Shown here piece by piece: positions 34,710 through 43,799 of a stretch of DNA of 64,000 bases. Both the position numbers and the translations under genes were made by a program. Each line of letters starts with the position of its first letter. The first letter of the stretch is position 1. This stretch comes from Patescibacteria group bacterium (lineage in GTDB: Bacteria; Patescibacteriota; Saccharimonadia; Saccharimonadales; 2-12-FULL-41-12), in contig JBBTSC010000001.1 of assembly GCA_038064875.1 (NCBI GenBank), forward strand, positions 507,004 to 571,003. The letters are read 5' to 3'. Below the pieces are notes generated by a model. It was not told the DNA's origin, ran no database searches, and saw only the letters and a list, made by a program, of their open reading frames with translations.

Positions 34710-35497
34710 AGCTCAACCTTCTTCTGTTTTGCATTGGCAAATTGGTCCAGTCGCTCTTTCATACTGTTGATCATCTCGTCTGTTGTTGCCTTGATGGAAC
34801 TACTATCTGGATTCTGAACTTCTCCATCTTGGATATGAAGTAGGTTATCAGCCAGAGGCAGATATTCCATATTGTGAGTGACCAAGATAATGGTTCTCAG
34901 AGAATCAGAATAGGCTCTCCTGAGAAGATCCATTATTTTATCGCCGTTCTTGCTGTCGAGGCTTCCCGTCGGTTCATCAGCAATAATAAACATGGGATCA
35001 TTGACAATGGCTCGCGCCATGGCAACCCTCTGCTGCTCACCACCAGACAACACTGATGGATATTTCTTTGCATAACTTTGCATATCGATTCTCTCAAGAG
35101 CGATCATCGCCATATCGGCTGCTAGAGATCTATTGTAGCCCAAGAAATACAGTGGCATCGCCACGTTCTCCATAACATTGAGGCTCTGTACCCAGTAATT
35201 TGATTGGTAGACAATACCAATACGACTAGCCCTAAATCGCGCTAACTCATCTGGCGTAAACGAATACACATCCTCGCCCTTGAAAGTGATAATTCCCTTA
35301 GAAGGGCGCTGAAGACCGGTTAATATGTTTAGCATCGTTGACTTACCAGAACCACTGGCTCCATAGATGACATTGAATGTGTTGTTGCGAATCTCAAAAT
35401 TAACATTTTTGATAACATTGACCACTTCGTCACCTTGTCCAAAACTCTGACAAACTCCGTCTGCTTTAATCAGTACTTCCTTTTTGTTATCACTCAT
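34706..35497 (-). CDS. ABC transporter ATP-binding protein (MacB/LolD/FtsE-like)
   Basis: Walker [10 protein letters not shown], signature [14 protein letters not shown] and Walker [13 protein letters not shown]. It starts 3 nt after the giant ORF stop. Confidence 0.9.
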   Translation of the reverse strand: MSDNKKEVLIKADGVCQSFGQGDEVVNVIKNVNFEIRNNTFNVIYGASGSGKSTMLNILTGLQRPSKGIITFKGEDVYSFTPDELARFRASRIGIVYQSNYWVQSLNVMENVAMPLYFLGYNRSLAADMAMIALERIDMQSYAKKYPSVLSGGEQQRVAMARAIVNDPMFIIADEPTGSLDSKNGDKIMDLLRRAYSDSLRTIILVTHNMEYLPLADNLLHIQDGEVQNPDSSSIKATTDEMINSMKERLDQFANAKQKKVEL

Positions 35498-35500
35498 AGC

Positions 35501-38500
35501 CTAAAACCCAAACACTTTCTGGAGCGAATTAAGAATTATGGTAAGTACACTGTCTGAAGCTCGACCGATGATTGCTGATTGTGGCTCGCCGACACCTGCG
35601 TTGCCTGACTTATCTTTAGAAACTGGCTGAATACTATAGACCTTGGACGTTGGTAGATCAGATACTATCACGATATGCTCTGTACCTAAGCCCCCATCTT
35701 CAGATGTCTTGTTATTGAATACCACTGCGTTAGATCCTTCCGCGTAGGCTACCTGGCTGGTTGAAGGCTCATCGGTCTTCCATGATACTACAACTTGTCC
35801 TCTGGCCTCTGCACCTGTGCCACGTATTGAAGCTTCTATTACTATATCGCTAACTTTTGGAGGACGTGTATCGAGAGCTGTTCTAAATTGTTGCCTGTCC
35901 GACACAGCTAAGTTTCCACCACCGTCTCGACTCTGCGCAATCAAGAAGTATTCACTGTCGTCTTCAAGGTTGCGCAAGGTTATCTGGTGCTGAGTGGTTT
36001 GTGTTGAATCCTGAATATCAACACCGCCTGATCCAACTTTTCCATACGTCACTGTCGATGTGGAAGGCACGTTGGTAGTCCATGTAACTTGTTGTGTACT
36101 AGTAGGCTCTCCAGCTACTGGCTGGAAGCGAAGATCACTAATGCGTGGTCGTGATGGTGTAGTAAATGACGAGACACTTCCGTCATAAGAATTATCTTCG
36201 TTGTCAAAGGCAACCAATTTATAGAAGTATTTTGAACCATCATCAAGACCTGATAGCTCCACCGAATACGTTGACTCTGAAGTCGAAGTATTAACACTCT
36301 TGAGTCCACCGAATCCTTCACTCTTTCCATAGAATACGTTAATACGAGTGGCGTCCTTGGATGTGAATTGAACCACAGCATTTGATAGGCCGATCTTGGT
36401 AGTTGTTATCTCTTTTAGTGTTGGCGCCGGAGCTGTTCTGAAAGTATATTCTTGACTAACTCCTGTGTTACCATCTTCGTCAGTCCACTTCACAACAAAG
36501 TAGTATGTCGTACCAGCGCTTAGGTTAGTTAGGTCAACCTGGTGAGAGCTGACTTGGTCAGATATAGCAACTTCTGAAGGGCTGTATTTGCCACTGGATG
36601 TTCCGATAGCTACTTTTGAGTCACTCGCCCTATCTGTACTCCAACGAATAGTTGCTTTTCTGGTAGTTACATTGGAGACAGCCGGCTCAGCTACCAACGT
36701 CGCAGGGCTTGTGAATTTACCAGTCGGTATTTCGTTTACAACCGCACTGTTTGCCCCACAATTATTCGTGCTGTCACAAGCAATAACTCGATAATAATAC
36801 CTTTGTTGAGATAATCCCGCATCGATATAAGTAGTGCTTGAACTACTTCCGACAAAGAAGAAGTTAGTGTTATCCGTAGAGCGATAGACTTTGTAGCTAG
36901 ATATTCCTGCTCCTGTGTAGCTTGGCTGATCCCAAGTTAATGCCAGACGCCAGTTGTTGGTTGTTTTTATTGAAACATCCACGATATCTGCGTTGAGAGG
37001 AATGCCTGGAGATGGAGTGTTAGCCGTAAAGTCGGCTGTAGAATAACTAGCATAATTTATATTGCTTGATTCGTCTTTAGCTACAACATAAATTGTGTTT
37101 TGGCCTGGCTGGGTCGCGTATGGCCCCGCCCCCAGACTAGTCACTCCAGCACTAGTAAAAGTACAGTTGCTGGCCGAAGGAACTGCATTGAAAGTATAGC
37201 AATATGTTAAGTTAGTAGAGCTTCCCACAAAGGTATTTGGCGCCTGCCAGCTAAATGAGAACGAGTTAGAAGTATTGGTTGTTGGCGACGCTTGTAGATT
37301 CTGTGGCTCACTAGGTGCCCCGGCTGTGTTGATCTTTACGGCTGCCGTAGTATATGAAGTTGTGACATTACCCGCTTGGTCCCAGGTACGGAAATAAACT
37401 GTGTTGACTCCTTCATTTAGATTTGTGTAGTCGGGGGTTGGCGATGAGGTATAAGACCCATCATTGGCCAAAACGTCATTTATATCCCCTGTACCGCTAT
37501 GCGAATCGCCGTACCATGTTGTGTTGTTAATTCGGTACTGTAATCCAGCTAGCCCGGAGTTACTATCTGCGGGAGCACTACCGCCAGCAGTAGGCCAACT
37601 CAGTGTGACATCTTTAGTATTTATGAATCCTGATGGCGCGGTAATATATCCAGGATTGGACGGGGCAGTATTATCAAATCTGAAATAAAATTGTGTTGAG
37701 GCTGTAGTGACATTTCCCGCGTTATCCATAGCTTTTATGGTCAGGTAATATGGAGAATTACTGGTGGCCAATGCAGATGCGATATATCCAGAAGTTGAAG
37801 TATCGATATTGTTAGGACTTACCAAAAATTGACAATGCCCCCCGGTGGTAACTGGACTAGTACCGAGTAAACCCTTTGTCGTTACTGGGTCTGCCGTATT
37901 GTCTGTGCCAAGATACAGACAGTACCCCTTTATACCAGAATCTATGTCGGTACCTGACGCCCATGAAAAGTAAGGCGAACTACCGTTTGTCCAAGCATTC
38001 TGGGTTAGAGATGCGCCACCACTCGCCTTAAGTGCTGAAATACTACTGGCATTGGCAGAAGGTTCAATAACATCTGATGTTGATGACAGATCCAGACTAT
38101 TGAGCGTAACTTGCTGCGTTCCGTCGCCTTTTAGGACTGCCTGCCATTTGATTCCGCTAAATGTCACTGGGAAAGTAGCGATATTGGTGTCAACAACAGC
38201 TATAGGATTTGCTTCTGTGTTGTTGCTGGAAGTAGCCCAAGCACTGCCAGTCCAATATTGCCAGGTTGTTCCATTGTCAGAAGACAAGCGGTATTTGATA
38301 TTACCACCATTAGCCGTTTCACTCGATGCTAAATTATCCCAATGCCAAACACCACTGGTACGCACAGCGTTATTGAGCGTTACTGTTTGCTCTGTATTGC
38401 TATACGGTTTTGTGGTAAACCCAGACCTTGCGTTATCACTTATTCGAATTTCATCTATTGCGCCAGTGAAATAACCTTGGGCCCAGCCTGCCTCTGATGT

Positions 38501-41500
38501 TCCAAAAGTAGAGCCAAGCAAAAGTGGCTGCGTAGAATCAGGAATAGACAAAGAGATATTTGTCTGAGCATCTAGATTACCGTCTATATAAAGTTTCATG
38601 GTTGTGCCGTCATAGGTAGCAGCAAGATGATGCCAGCTCGTATCTTGAGATGATGTCGATGATTGCAAAAATCCATTATTGCCATAAGACCATACAGACG
38701 CATCTGCGTTTGCTGTATTGCCCAGTCCTGCGTAGAGCTTGCCTTTGTAGGTACTAAAACTCTGTACTGTTTCGATTGTGTTGGCAGCCCAGCTACTGTT
38801 AACGAGTCCACCTGCTACTTTGGACCAAGTTCCGTTATCCAGCTCCCATATCTCACCGTCTCCTGCTGTATTGCCAAGTCCTGCGTAGAGCTTGCCGTTA
38901 TAGACGACCATTGTTTTAGCTTGTTCGTACTGACCATCTAGCCAACTACTATTTAGCCCGTCACCTCCGATTTGTGTCCAAGATGTTCCGTTATACTCCC
39001 AGATTTCTGCGTCCGCTGTACTGTTGCCCAAGCCCGCGTAGAGTTTTCCGTTATATGGGATCAACGACTCGACTTGCTCATAGTTGGTATTCCAGCTACT
39101 ACTAACGCCATCACCGCCAACTTTAGACCAAGCACTTCCATTCCAAGTCCAAACTTCTGCGTCAGTAGTTGACACGCCAAGCCCGGCGTAGAGTTGCCCG
39201 TTATAAACACCCATGGAGCTTACTCGTTCAAAGTTAGTAGTCCAACCACTGTTTGTACTATCCCCACCAATCTTTGTCCAAGCAGTACCGTTCCAGCGCC
39301 AGACTTCTGCGTCGTTGGCTGAGTTAGCCAATCCAGCGTATAGATTGCCACCATATGTAGCTAGTGAGCTGACTTCTTCATAGTTAGTAGTCCAGCCACT
39401 ATTTAGGCTATCACCACCGATTTGTGTCCAAGATGTCCCATTGTAGCGCCAAACTTCTGCATCGTTGGCTGTTGTTCCCAATCCAGCGTATAGATTGCCA
39501 CCGTAGCTAACCATACTAAGCACGTCTTCGTAAGTTCCAGGTGCCCAACTGCTGTTCACGCCCTGACCCCCGACAATCTCCCAGGTTGAACCATCAAATC
39601 GCCAGACTTGTGCATTACCTGCTACAGTATTACCCGTGCCAGCATACAAATACTCTCCATAAACCGTCATCGTCTCTACGTTTTGTAAGTTAAAATATCC
39701 CCAACTTTTATTGATAAATCCACCGCCAAAACGCGTCCAAGCTGATCCGTTCCAGCTCCACATCTCAGAGTTTGTGCCCGTAGCCGTCAATCCTGCATAA
39801 AGCGTGCTGTTACCGTAGGCTAGTGACTGAACAATTGTATGGGTATTGGTAAATCCACTATTTACTCCGTCTCCGCCGATCTTGGTCCAAGCTGATCCAT
39901 TCCAACGATAAACTTCGTTGTCGCCGGCTGTGTTACCTAGCCCTGCGTACAAATTCGTCCCGTCGTTTGTTAAGGCATAAACCATTTCATAAGAACTTGA
40001 ATCCCAAGACGAATTGAGGGTGTCTCCGCCAATTTTGGTCCAAGCGGTGCCGTTCCATCGATAAACTTCAGCATCGCCTGCTGTAGCACCCAATCCAGCA
40101 TATAGATTACCCCCAAAATAAGTCATGCTAAAAACGTATTCATAAGTGCTAGCTGCCCAGCTTGAATTTACACCGTCTCCACCGATCTGCGTCCAAGCGG
40201 TGCCGTTCCAACGCCATACATCCGCGTCACCAGCTGTTAAGCCTGTTGAAGCATAGACATTGGTGCCATCGTTGGTAAGCGAATAGACAGCTTCTATGTT
40301 TGTAGTCCATCCACTGTTGAGGCTATCTCCGCCAATTTTGGTCCAAGCGGTGCCGTTCCAACGCCATACTTCGGCATCATTGGCGCTTAATCCTAGTCCA
40401 ACGTAGAGATTTCCTCCCATAAATGTAGTGCTTTCAACTGACTCATAAGTATTAACTGCCCAGCCCGAGTTAATCCCGTCACCGCCAATCTTGCTCCAGC
40501 TCCCGCATCCTGAAGAAGTATCACAACTCCAAACCTCAGCGTCACCAACAGTTGAGCCCAAACCAGCATATAGAGTATTACCATTTGATGTCATCGAAGT
40601 AACGTTCTCGTAAGTTAAGTCTGCCCAGCTACCATTTTTACCATCTCCACCAACTTGAGACCAAACCGTACCATCCCATTTCCAAACCTCAGCGTCACCA
40701 ACCGCATTACCTAACCCAACATACAAATTGCTACCTATAACTGTTTGCGATACAACTGCAAATTTGCCATTTAAATCCCAACTACCTTTGATATCATTAC
40801 CGGCTTGTTGAGTCCATGTATTTGCAGAGCTATTGGCAAGCTCGTAGGTTGCCTTGCCCGTTTCTTGATCATAATAAAGTTTGTACGAGCCTTTGTCTAT
40901 TACCCCTTGTTTGTGGTCATGGCTACCTCCGCTAAAACTCGTGCTGAATTTAGTCCAAGCCTCTAGAGTATTATCTTGTGTCAGAGACAGGGAAGACGAA
41001 TCTGGGGTACTAGCATTCGCGCTGGCACCATTTAGCGACAACCCATTGTTGAGATTTCCTGTTGCGAACGAGCCATTGGCTACGGTCGCGTTGTTCGCAT
41101 TGGCTGAACTATCACTAGCAGTTGACCCGGATGCTTCATCAAGGTGAAATAGTGCTTTTGTGTTACTGTCACTGGTATAGTTTTGCGCTTTTAGACGCAC
41201 GCTACTGCCACTTGTCTCAAGTCCAGAGTCCAAAGTATATGAGCTAGGTGTTGAGAAATCCCAGTTATTGAATAAATCTGAAGCTGCTAGAACTTTCTGA
41301 TACGAAGTTATCACGATAGCTCCAACTACCAATAAATAGACGCCAAGTGTTGCGTAATGGACATGTTGATGCTTTTCCCATTCATGCCAAGCCTTGTAGC
41401 GTGAATATTTATTAGTGAAGTGTACGTGTGGCCTGTGAGCTATGTGGTGATGAGAGTATTTAGCAAATTTTTTACTGTATGCCATCGCAAGAATTGAAGC

Positions 41501-41683
41501 CAAAATTATCGCTTTTTTGCTCAATTTAGCTACGCGAAGAGCAAAAGCCTTACCTCTTTTTTGGCAAACCTTCAAAATCTTGACAACAACTGGCTGTAAA
41601 ATTTTTCGAGTTTCTAAGAGAAGTATTCGCATTTTTACTAACAGTAGTCTGACAGTTTGTATATTCATAGCTCCCAAATGCAC
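35501..41683 (-). CDS. Giant membrane-anchored surface protein: His-rich N-terminus + TM, LamG-like, 14 Kelch-like blades, LamG-like, multiple FN3-like modules
   Basis: 2060 aa ORF. Elements are HHHIAHRPHVH then the TM LGVYLLVVGAIVITS, two concanavalin/LamG-like segments, about 51 aa repeats (LYAGLG...DAEVWRWNGTAWTKIGGD..NS.W), and C-terminal FN3-like modules (e.g. ATIRWSTDRASDSKVAIG...YTFRT, 4 copies). The start is uncertain: GTG 41683, ATG 41668 or ATG 41485. Confidence 0.85.
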   Translation of the reverse strand: MHLGAMNIQTVRLLLVKMRILLLETRKILQPVVVKILKVCQKRGKAFALRVAKLSKKAIILASILAMAYSKKFAKYSHHHIAHRPHVHFTNKYSRYKAWHEWEKHQHVHYATLGVYLLVVGAIVITSYQKVLAASDLFNNWDFSTPSSYTLDSGLETSGSSVRLKAQNYTSDSNTKALFHLDEASGSTASDSSANANNATVANGSFATGNLNNGLSLNGASANASTPDSSSLSLTQDNTLEAWTKFSTSFSGGSHDHKQGVIDKGSYKLYYDQETGKATYELANSSANTWTQQAGNDIKGSWDLNGKFAVVSQTVIGSNLYVGLGNAVGDAEVWKWDGTVWSQVGGDGKNGSWADLTYENVTSMTSNGNTLYAGLGSTVGDAEVWSCDTSSGCGSWSKIGGDGINSGWAVNTYESVESTTFMGGNLYVGLGLSANDAEVWRWNGTAWTKIGGDSLNSGWTTNIEAVYSLTNDGTNVYASTGLTAGDADVWRWNGTAWTQIGGDGVNSSWAASTYEYVFSMTYFGGNLYAGLGATAGDAEVYRWNGTAWTKIGGDTLNSSWDSSSYEMVYALTNDGTNLYAGLGNTAGDNEVYRWNGSAWTKIGGDGVNSGFTNTHTIVQSLAYGNSTLYAGLTATGTNSEMWSWNGSAWTRFGGGFINKSWGYFNLQNVETMTVYGEYLYAGTGNTVAGNAQVWRFDGSTWEIVGGQGVNSSWAPGTYEDVLSMVSYGGNLYAGLGTTANDAEVWRYNGTSWTQIGGDSLNSGWTTNYEEVSSLATYGGNLYAGLANSANDAEVWRWNGTAWTKIGGDSTNSGWTTNFERVSSMGVYNGQLYAGLGVSTTDAEVWTWNGSAWSKVGGDGVSSSWNTNYEQVESLIPYNGKLYAGLGNSTADAEIWEYNGTSWTQIGGDGLNSSWLDGQYEQAKTMVVYNGKLYAGLGNTAGDGEIWELDNGTWSKVAGGLVNSSWAANTIETVQSFSTYKGKLYAGLGNTANADASVWSYGNNGFLQSSTSSQDTSWHHLAATYDGTTMKLYIDGNLDAQTNISLSIPDSTQPLLLGSTFGTSEAGWAQGYFTGAIDEIRISDNARSGFTTKPYSNTEQTVTLNNAVRTSGVWHWDNLASSETANGGNIKYRLSSDNGTTWQYWTGSAWATSSNNTEANPIAVVDTNIATFPVTFSGIKWQAVLKGDGTQQVTLNSLDLSSTSDVIEPSANASSISALKASGGASLTQNAWTNGSSPYFSWASGTDIDSGIKGYCLYLGTDNTADPVTTKGLLGTSPVTTGGHCQFLVSPNNIDTSTSGYIASALATSNSPYYLTIKAMDNAGNVTTASTQFYFRFDNTAPSNPGYITAPSGFINTKDVTLSWPTAGGSAPADSNSGLAGLQYRINNTTWYGDSHSGTGDINDVLANDGSYTSSPTPDYTNLNEGVNTVYFRTWDQAGNVTTSYTTAAVKINTAGAPSEPQNLQASPTTNTSNSFSFSWQAPNTFVGSSTNLTYCYTFNAVPSASNCTFTSAGVTSLGAGPYATQPGQNTIYVVAKDESSNINYASYSTADFTANTPSPGIPLNADIVDVSIKTTNNWRLALTWDQPSYTGAGISSYKVYRSTDNTNFFFVGSSSSTTYIDAGLSQQRYYYRVIACDSTNNCGANSAVVNEIPTGKFTSPATLVAEPAVSNVTTRKATIRWSTDRASDSKVAIGTSSGKYSPSEVAISDQVSSHQVDLTNLSAGTTYYFVVKWTDEDGNTGVSQEYTFRTAPAPTLKEITTTKIGLSNAVVQFTSKDATRINVFYGKSEGFGGLKSVNTSTSESTYSVELSGLDDGSKYFYKLVAFDNEDNSYDGSVSSFTTPSRPRISDLRFQPVAGEPTSTQQVTWTTNVPSTSTVTYGKVGSGGVDIQDSTQTTQHQITLRNLEDDSEYFLIAQSRDGGGNLAVSDRQQFRTALDTRPPKVSDIVIEASIRGTGAEARGQVVVSWKTDEPSTSQVAYAEGSNAVVFNNKTSEDGGLGTEHIVIVSDLPTSKVYSIQPVSKDKSGNAGVGEPQSAIIGRASDSVLTIILNSLQKVFGF
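38684..40798 (-). repeat. In-frame tandem array of 14 repeats of about 150-153 bp (about 51 aa) inside the giant gene
   Basis: LY(A/V)GLG anchors fall at residues 320, 371, 426, 476, 527, 578, 628, 679, 731, 781, 831, 881, 932 and 983. Near-identical DNA stretches are visible, e.g. ggtccaagcggtgccgttcca around 40040, 40200 and 40345. Confidence 0.85.
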
Positions 41684-41850
41684 GCATGACCGTCTATAGC
41701 GTCGGTAGTGCTTAAGATTATTATATAGCGCAGAAGAAAATATTCATAGCTTTTTTACAACTATAATTTACCTAATTTGAGCTAAAATGAGTGGCTACAG
41801 ATTATTCACAAATAACGAAGCGCTACGAAAATTTGTCTTTTGTTATAAAT

Positions 41851-43416
41851 TTATTTCTTCCAAACCCTAACGTAATCTGTTTTGACCTGTGACGACGCGC
41901 CATATGCAGCAGTATTGCCACTTCCAACATTGAGAATAAGATAGTGAGGAGAGCCATTATCGTAGCTTGTGTAAGAACGCACTAGCTTGCCATCAAAGTA
42001 AATGTCATTTTTGCCGTTTTGTCGATGAACTCCATATGTATGGTAGCTGTTGGACCATGTTCCTGGAATTTGATTTGAATTATTCGCGACATGCTGGCCA
42101 TTAGAAGAATAATGGTAATTCGATGTCATTTGACCAAGTCCTTCAGCAATATCTATCTCACCAGTAGCTGGCCAAGATTGTCCGTTGGTCCACCATGCAG
42201 GGAAATTATAGATTGTGTCTCCATTGCCCGGGAAATACATTCGTGCTTCTGCATAATATCCAGTACCGAATTGGAAACCTGCTATCCCACAATCATTCGG
42301 GTTAGTGTTTATAAGCGCGCCATTGCTTGATGAAGCCAGTGTCATTATCATGTTGCCTCCAGATACACTGACGTTATTAGCACTAGTTGAGACATTGTTC
42401 ATAACGCCACCTTTGAACCAAGCATTACACCATTTTGTGGTATTAAGAGTGGTGCCATCAAATTCGTCATTGAATACTACTGACCCCCAACCACTTGCGC
42501 CAGTTGTAGTCCCGCCAATGCAAGGAGCGACTATTGTGCCACTTGTACATCCACCTGTTGAAGAAGTGCTGTCATTTGGAGTAGGGGCTGAGGGTGGCAG
42601 TGTCGCTACAGGATTATTAACATTAACTGCTATCTTACTACTACCCACATTGCCTGCAGGATCATATGCACGAGCTTCAAAACTATGAGTTCCGTTGGTA
42701 ATTTTTGTAGAATCACCAGTGTAAGTATACGGCGCTACTGAGCTTGTCGAGACGAGATTGTTGTCCACATAAAATTCAACTTTTGAGACACTAACATTGT
42801 CACTTGCTGTCGCAGTAATCGTAAAGTTACCTGCAACATTGCTATCATTTGCTGGAGAAGACACATTTACAGTAGGCTTAGTCGCATCAGAAGGTACTGG
42901 AGAGTTTGCAAACAGAGAAACTTTATCAACTAAGAGATTCCGGTCGCATCTGCCTGGCAACCACTTATCATTAGGAAATGTAACACTTAAGGTGTGGGTG
43001 CCGGGAGCTATATTGACAGTCTGACGGAATTTGGCCCATTCTCGGTTTTTGACAGTACTGGTTGTGCCTTGTTGCTTGCCATCTACTTTAACCACAAGGT
43101 TCGGATTGCCCTTACAGTATGTTCCTTTAGCGATTGTCTCTATCACTATTGTTGAGTCAGTGGTAACGAAATTGGTAGATGTAATTGTCCCAGCACTATA
43201 CATGGTGACTCTTTTTCCGCCACTGGCCAGAGAGTCAGGGTCAACACCCCCGACATAGCCGGGAATATTCATTGATTCAGATTCTAAAGACGACTGTAGA
43301 GAATAATTTGTAGCTGCTCTACTTATTAACGTCAGCGCTGTGCCTATTATTGCAAATGTCACGATGGCTATTAATAAATTTGTTTTGGTGATTTTTTGTG
43401 TGTTTATCATTTTCAT
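41851..43416 (-). CDS. Secreted modular glycoside hydrolase family 16 protein (signal/anchor + CBM-like + Ig-like + GH16)
   Basis: 521 aa ORF. The GH16 catalytic motif GEIDIAEG (ExDxxE) is in the C-terminal domain. There is an Ig-like module (VSVSKVEFYVDNNLV...YDPAGNVG), and the N-terminal 270 aa are paralogous to ORF 49050-50738. Confidence 0.75.
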   Translation of the reverse strand: MKMINTQKITKTNLLIAIVTFAIIGTALTLISRAATNYSLQSSLESESMNIPGYVGGVDPDSLASGGKRVTMYSAGTITSTNFVTTDSTIVIETIAKGTYCKGNPNLVVKVDGKQQGTTSTVKNREWAKFRQTVNIAPGTHTLSVTFPNDKWLPGRCDRNLLVDKVSLFANSPVPSDATKPTVNVSSPANDSNVAGNFTITATASDNVSVSKVEFYVDNNLVSTSSVAPYTYTGDSTKITNGTHSFEARAYDPAGNVGSSKIAVNVNNPVATLPPSAPTPNDSTSSTGGCTSGTIVAPCIGGTTTGASGWGSVVFNDEFDGTTLNTTKWCNAWFKGGVMNNVSTSANNVSVSGGNMIMTLASSSNGALINTNPNDCGIAGFQFGTGYYAEARMYFPGNGDTIYNFPAWWTNGQSWPATGEIDIAEGLGQMTSNYHYSSNGQHVANNSNQIPGTWSNSYHTYGVHRQNGKNDIYFDGKLVRSYTSYDNGSPHYLILNVGSGNTAAYGASSQVKTDYVRVWKK

Positions 43417-43541
43417 ATATTTAAATTTCTTTTTATTTTTTTAGGATTCTTTATACTCTATTTTATACATTAATTTAGTTTAAATTACAACCTAGCGTAT
43501 TTCAAAGAACTAAGTTATCCGTCACATGATATAATTTGATC

Positions 43542-43796
43542 ATGGTATTAATTGCCCATATTCTTCTAGCCCTGTCGAGCATACTTTTTTCTACTTACGT
43601 GCTTTTTAATCCGTCTAGGAGCAAAATATACAGTTCATACTCCTTAATTGCGAGCACTCTAACAACTGGAGTTTATCTGACGCTTATCCACCCTGCCCAT
43701 ATAAAGCAAGCCTGCATAAGTGGTGTCGTCTACATAGCAACCATGTCAGCAATTATGATTTCTGTTCACGCCAGGCTTGAGAAGACCACGAACTAG
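43542..43796 (+). CDS. Hypothetical small three-TM membrane protein
   Basis: I prefer ATG 43542 over TTG 43536 because TGaTATAAT (43527-43535) lies 6 nt upstream. Confidence 0.5.
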   Translation: MVLIAHILLALSSILFSTYVLFNPSRSKIYSSYSLIASTLTTGVYLTLIHPAHIKQACISGVVYIATMSAIMISVHARLEKTTN

Positions 43797-43799
43797 CTT

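Noticed and set aside
38684-40798. CRISPR array or diversity-generating retroelement template/variable repeats in the repetitive region
   Set aside because: The repeats are about 150 bp, in frame and protein-coding, and they are divergent rather than identical short repeats with unique spacers. No cas genes or reverse transcriptase occur in the window.
35501-41699. Numerous 60-140 aa ORFs antisense to or out of frame with the giant surface-protein gene (e.g. 36588-36794, 38052-38474, 38596-38811, 40393-40584, 41517-41699)
   Set aside because: All are nested in a 6.2 kb ORF with coherent domain architecture. Repetitive, compositionally biased coding DNA generates long spurious frames.
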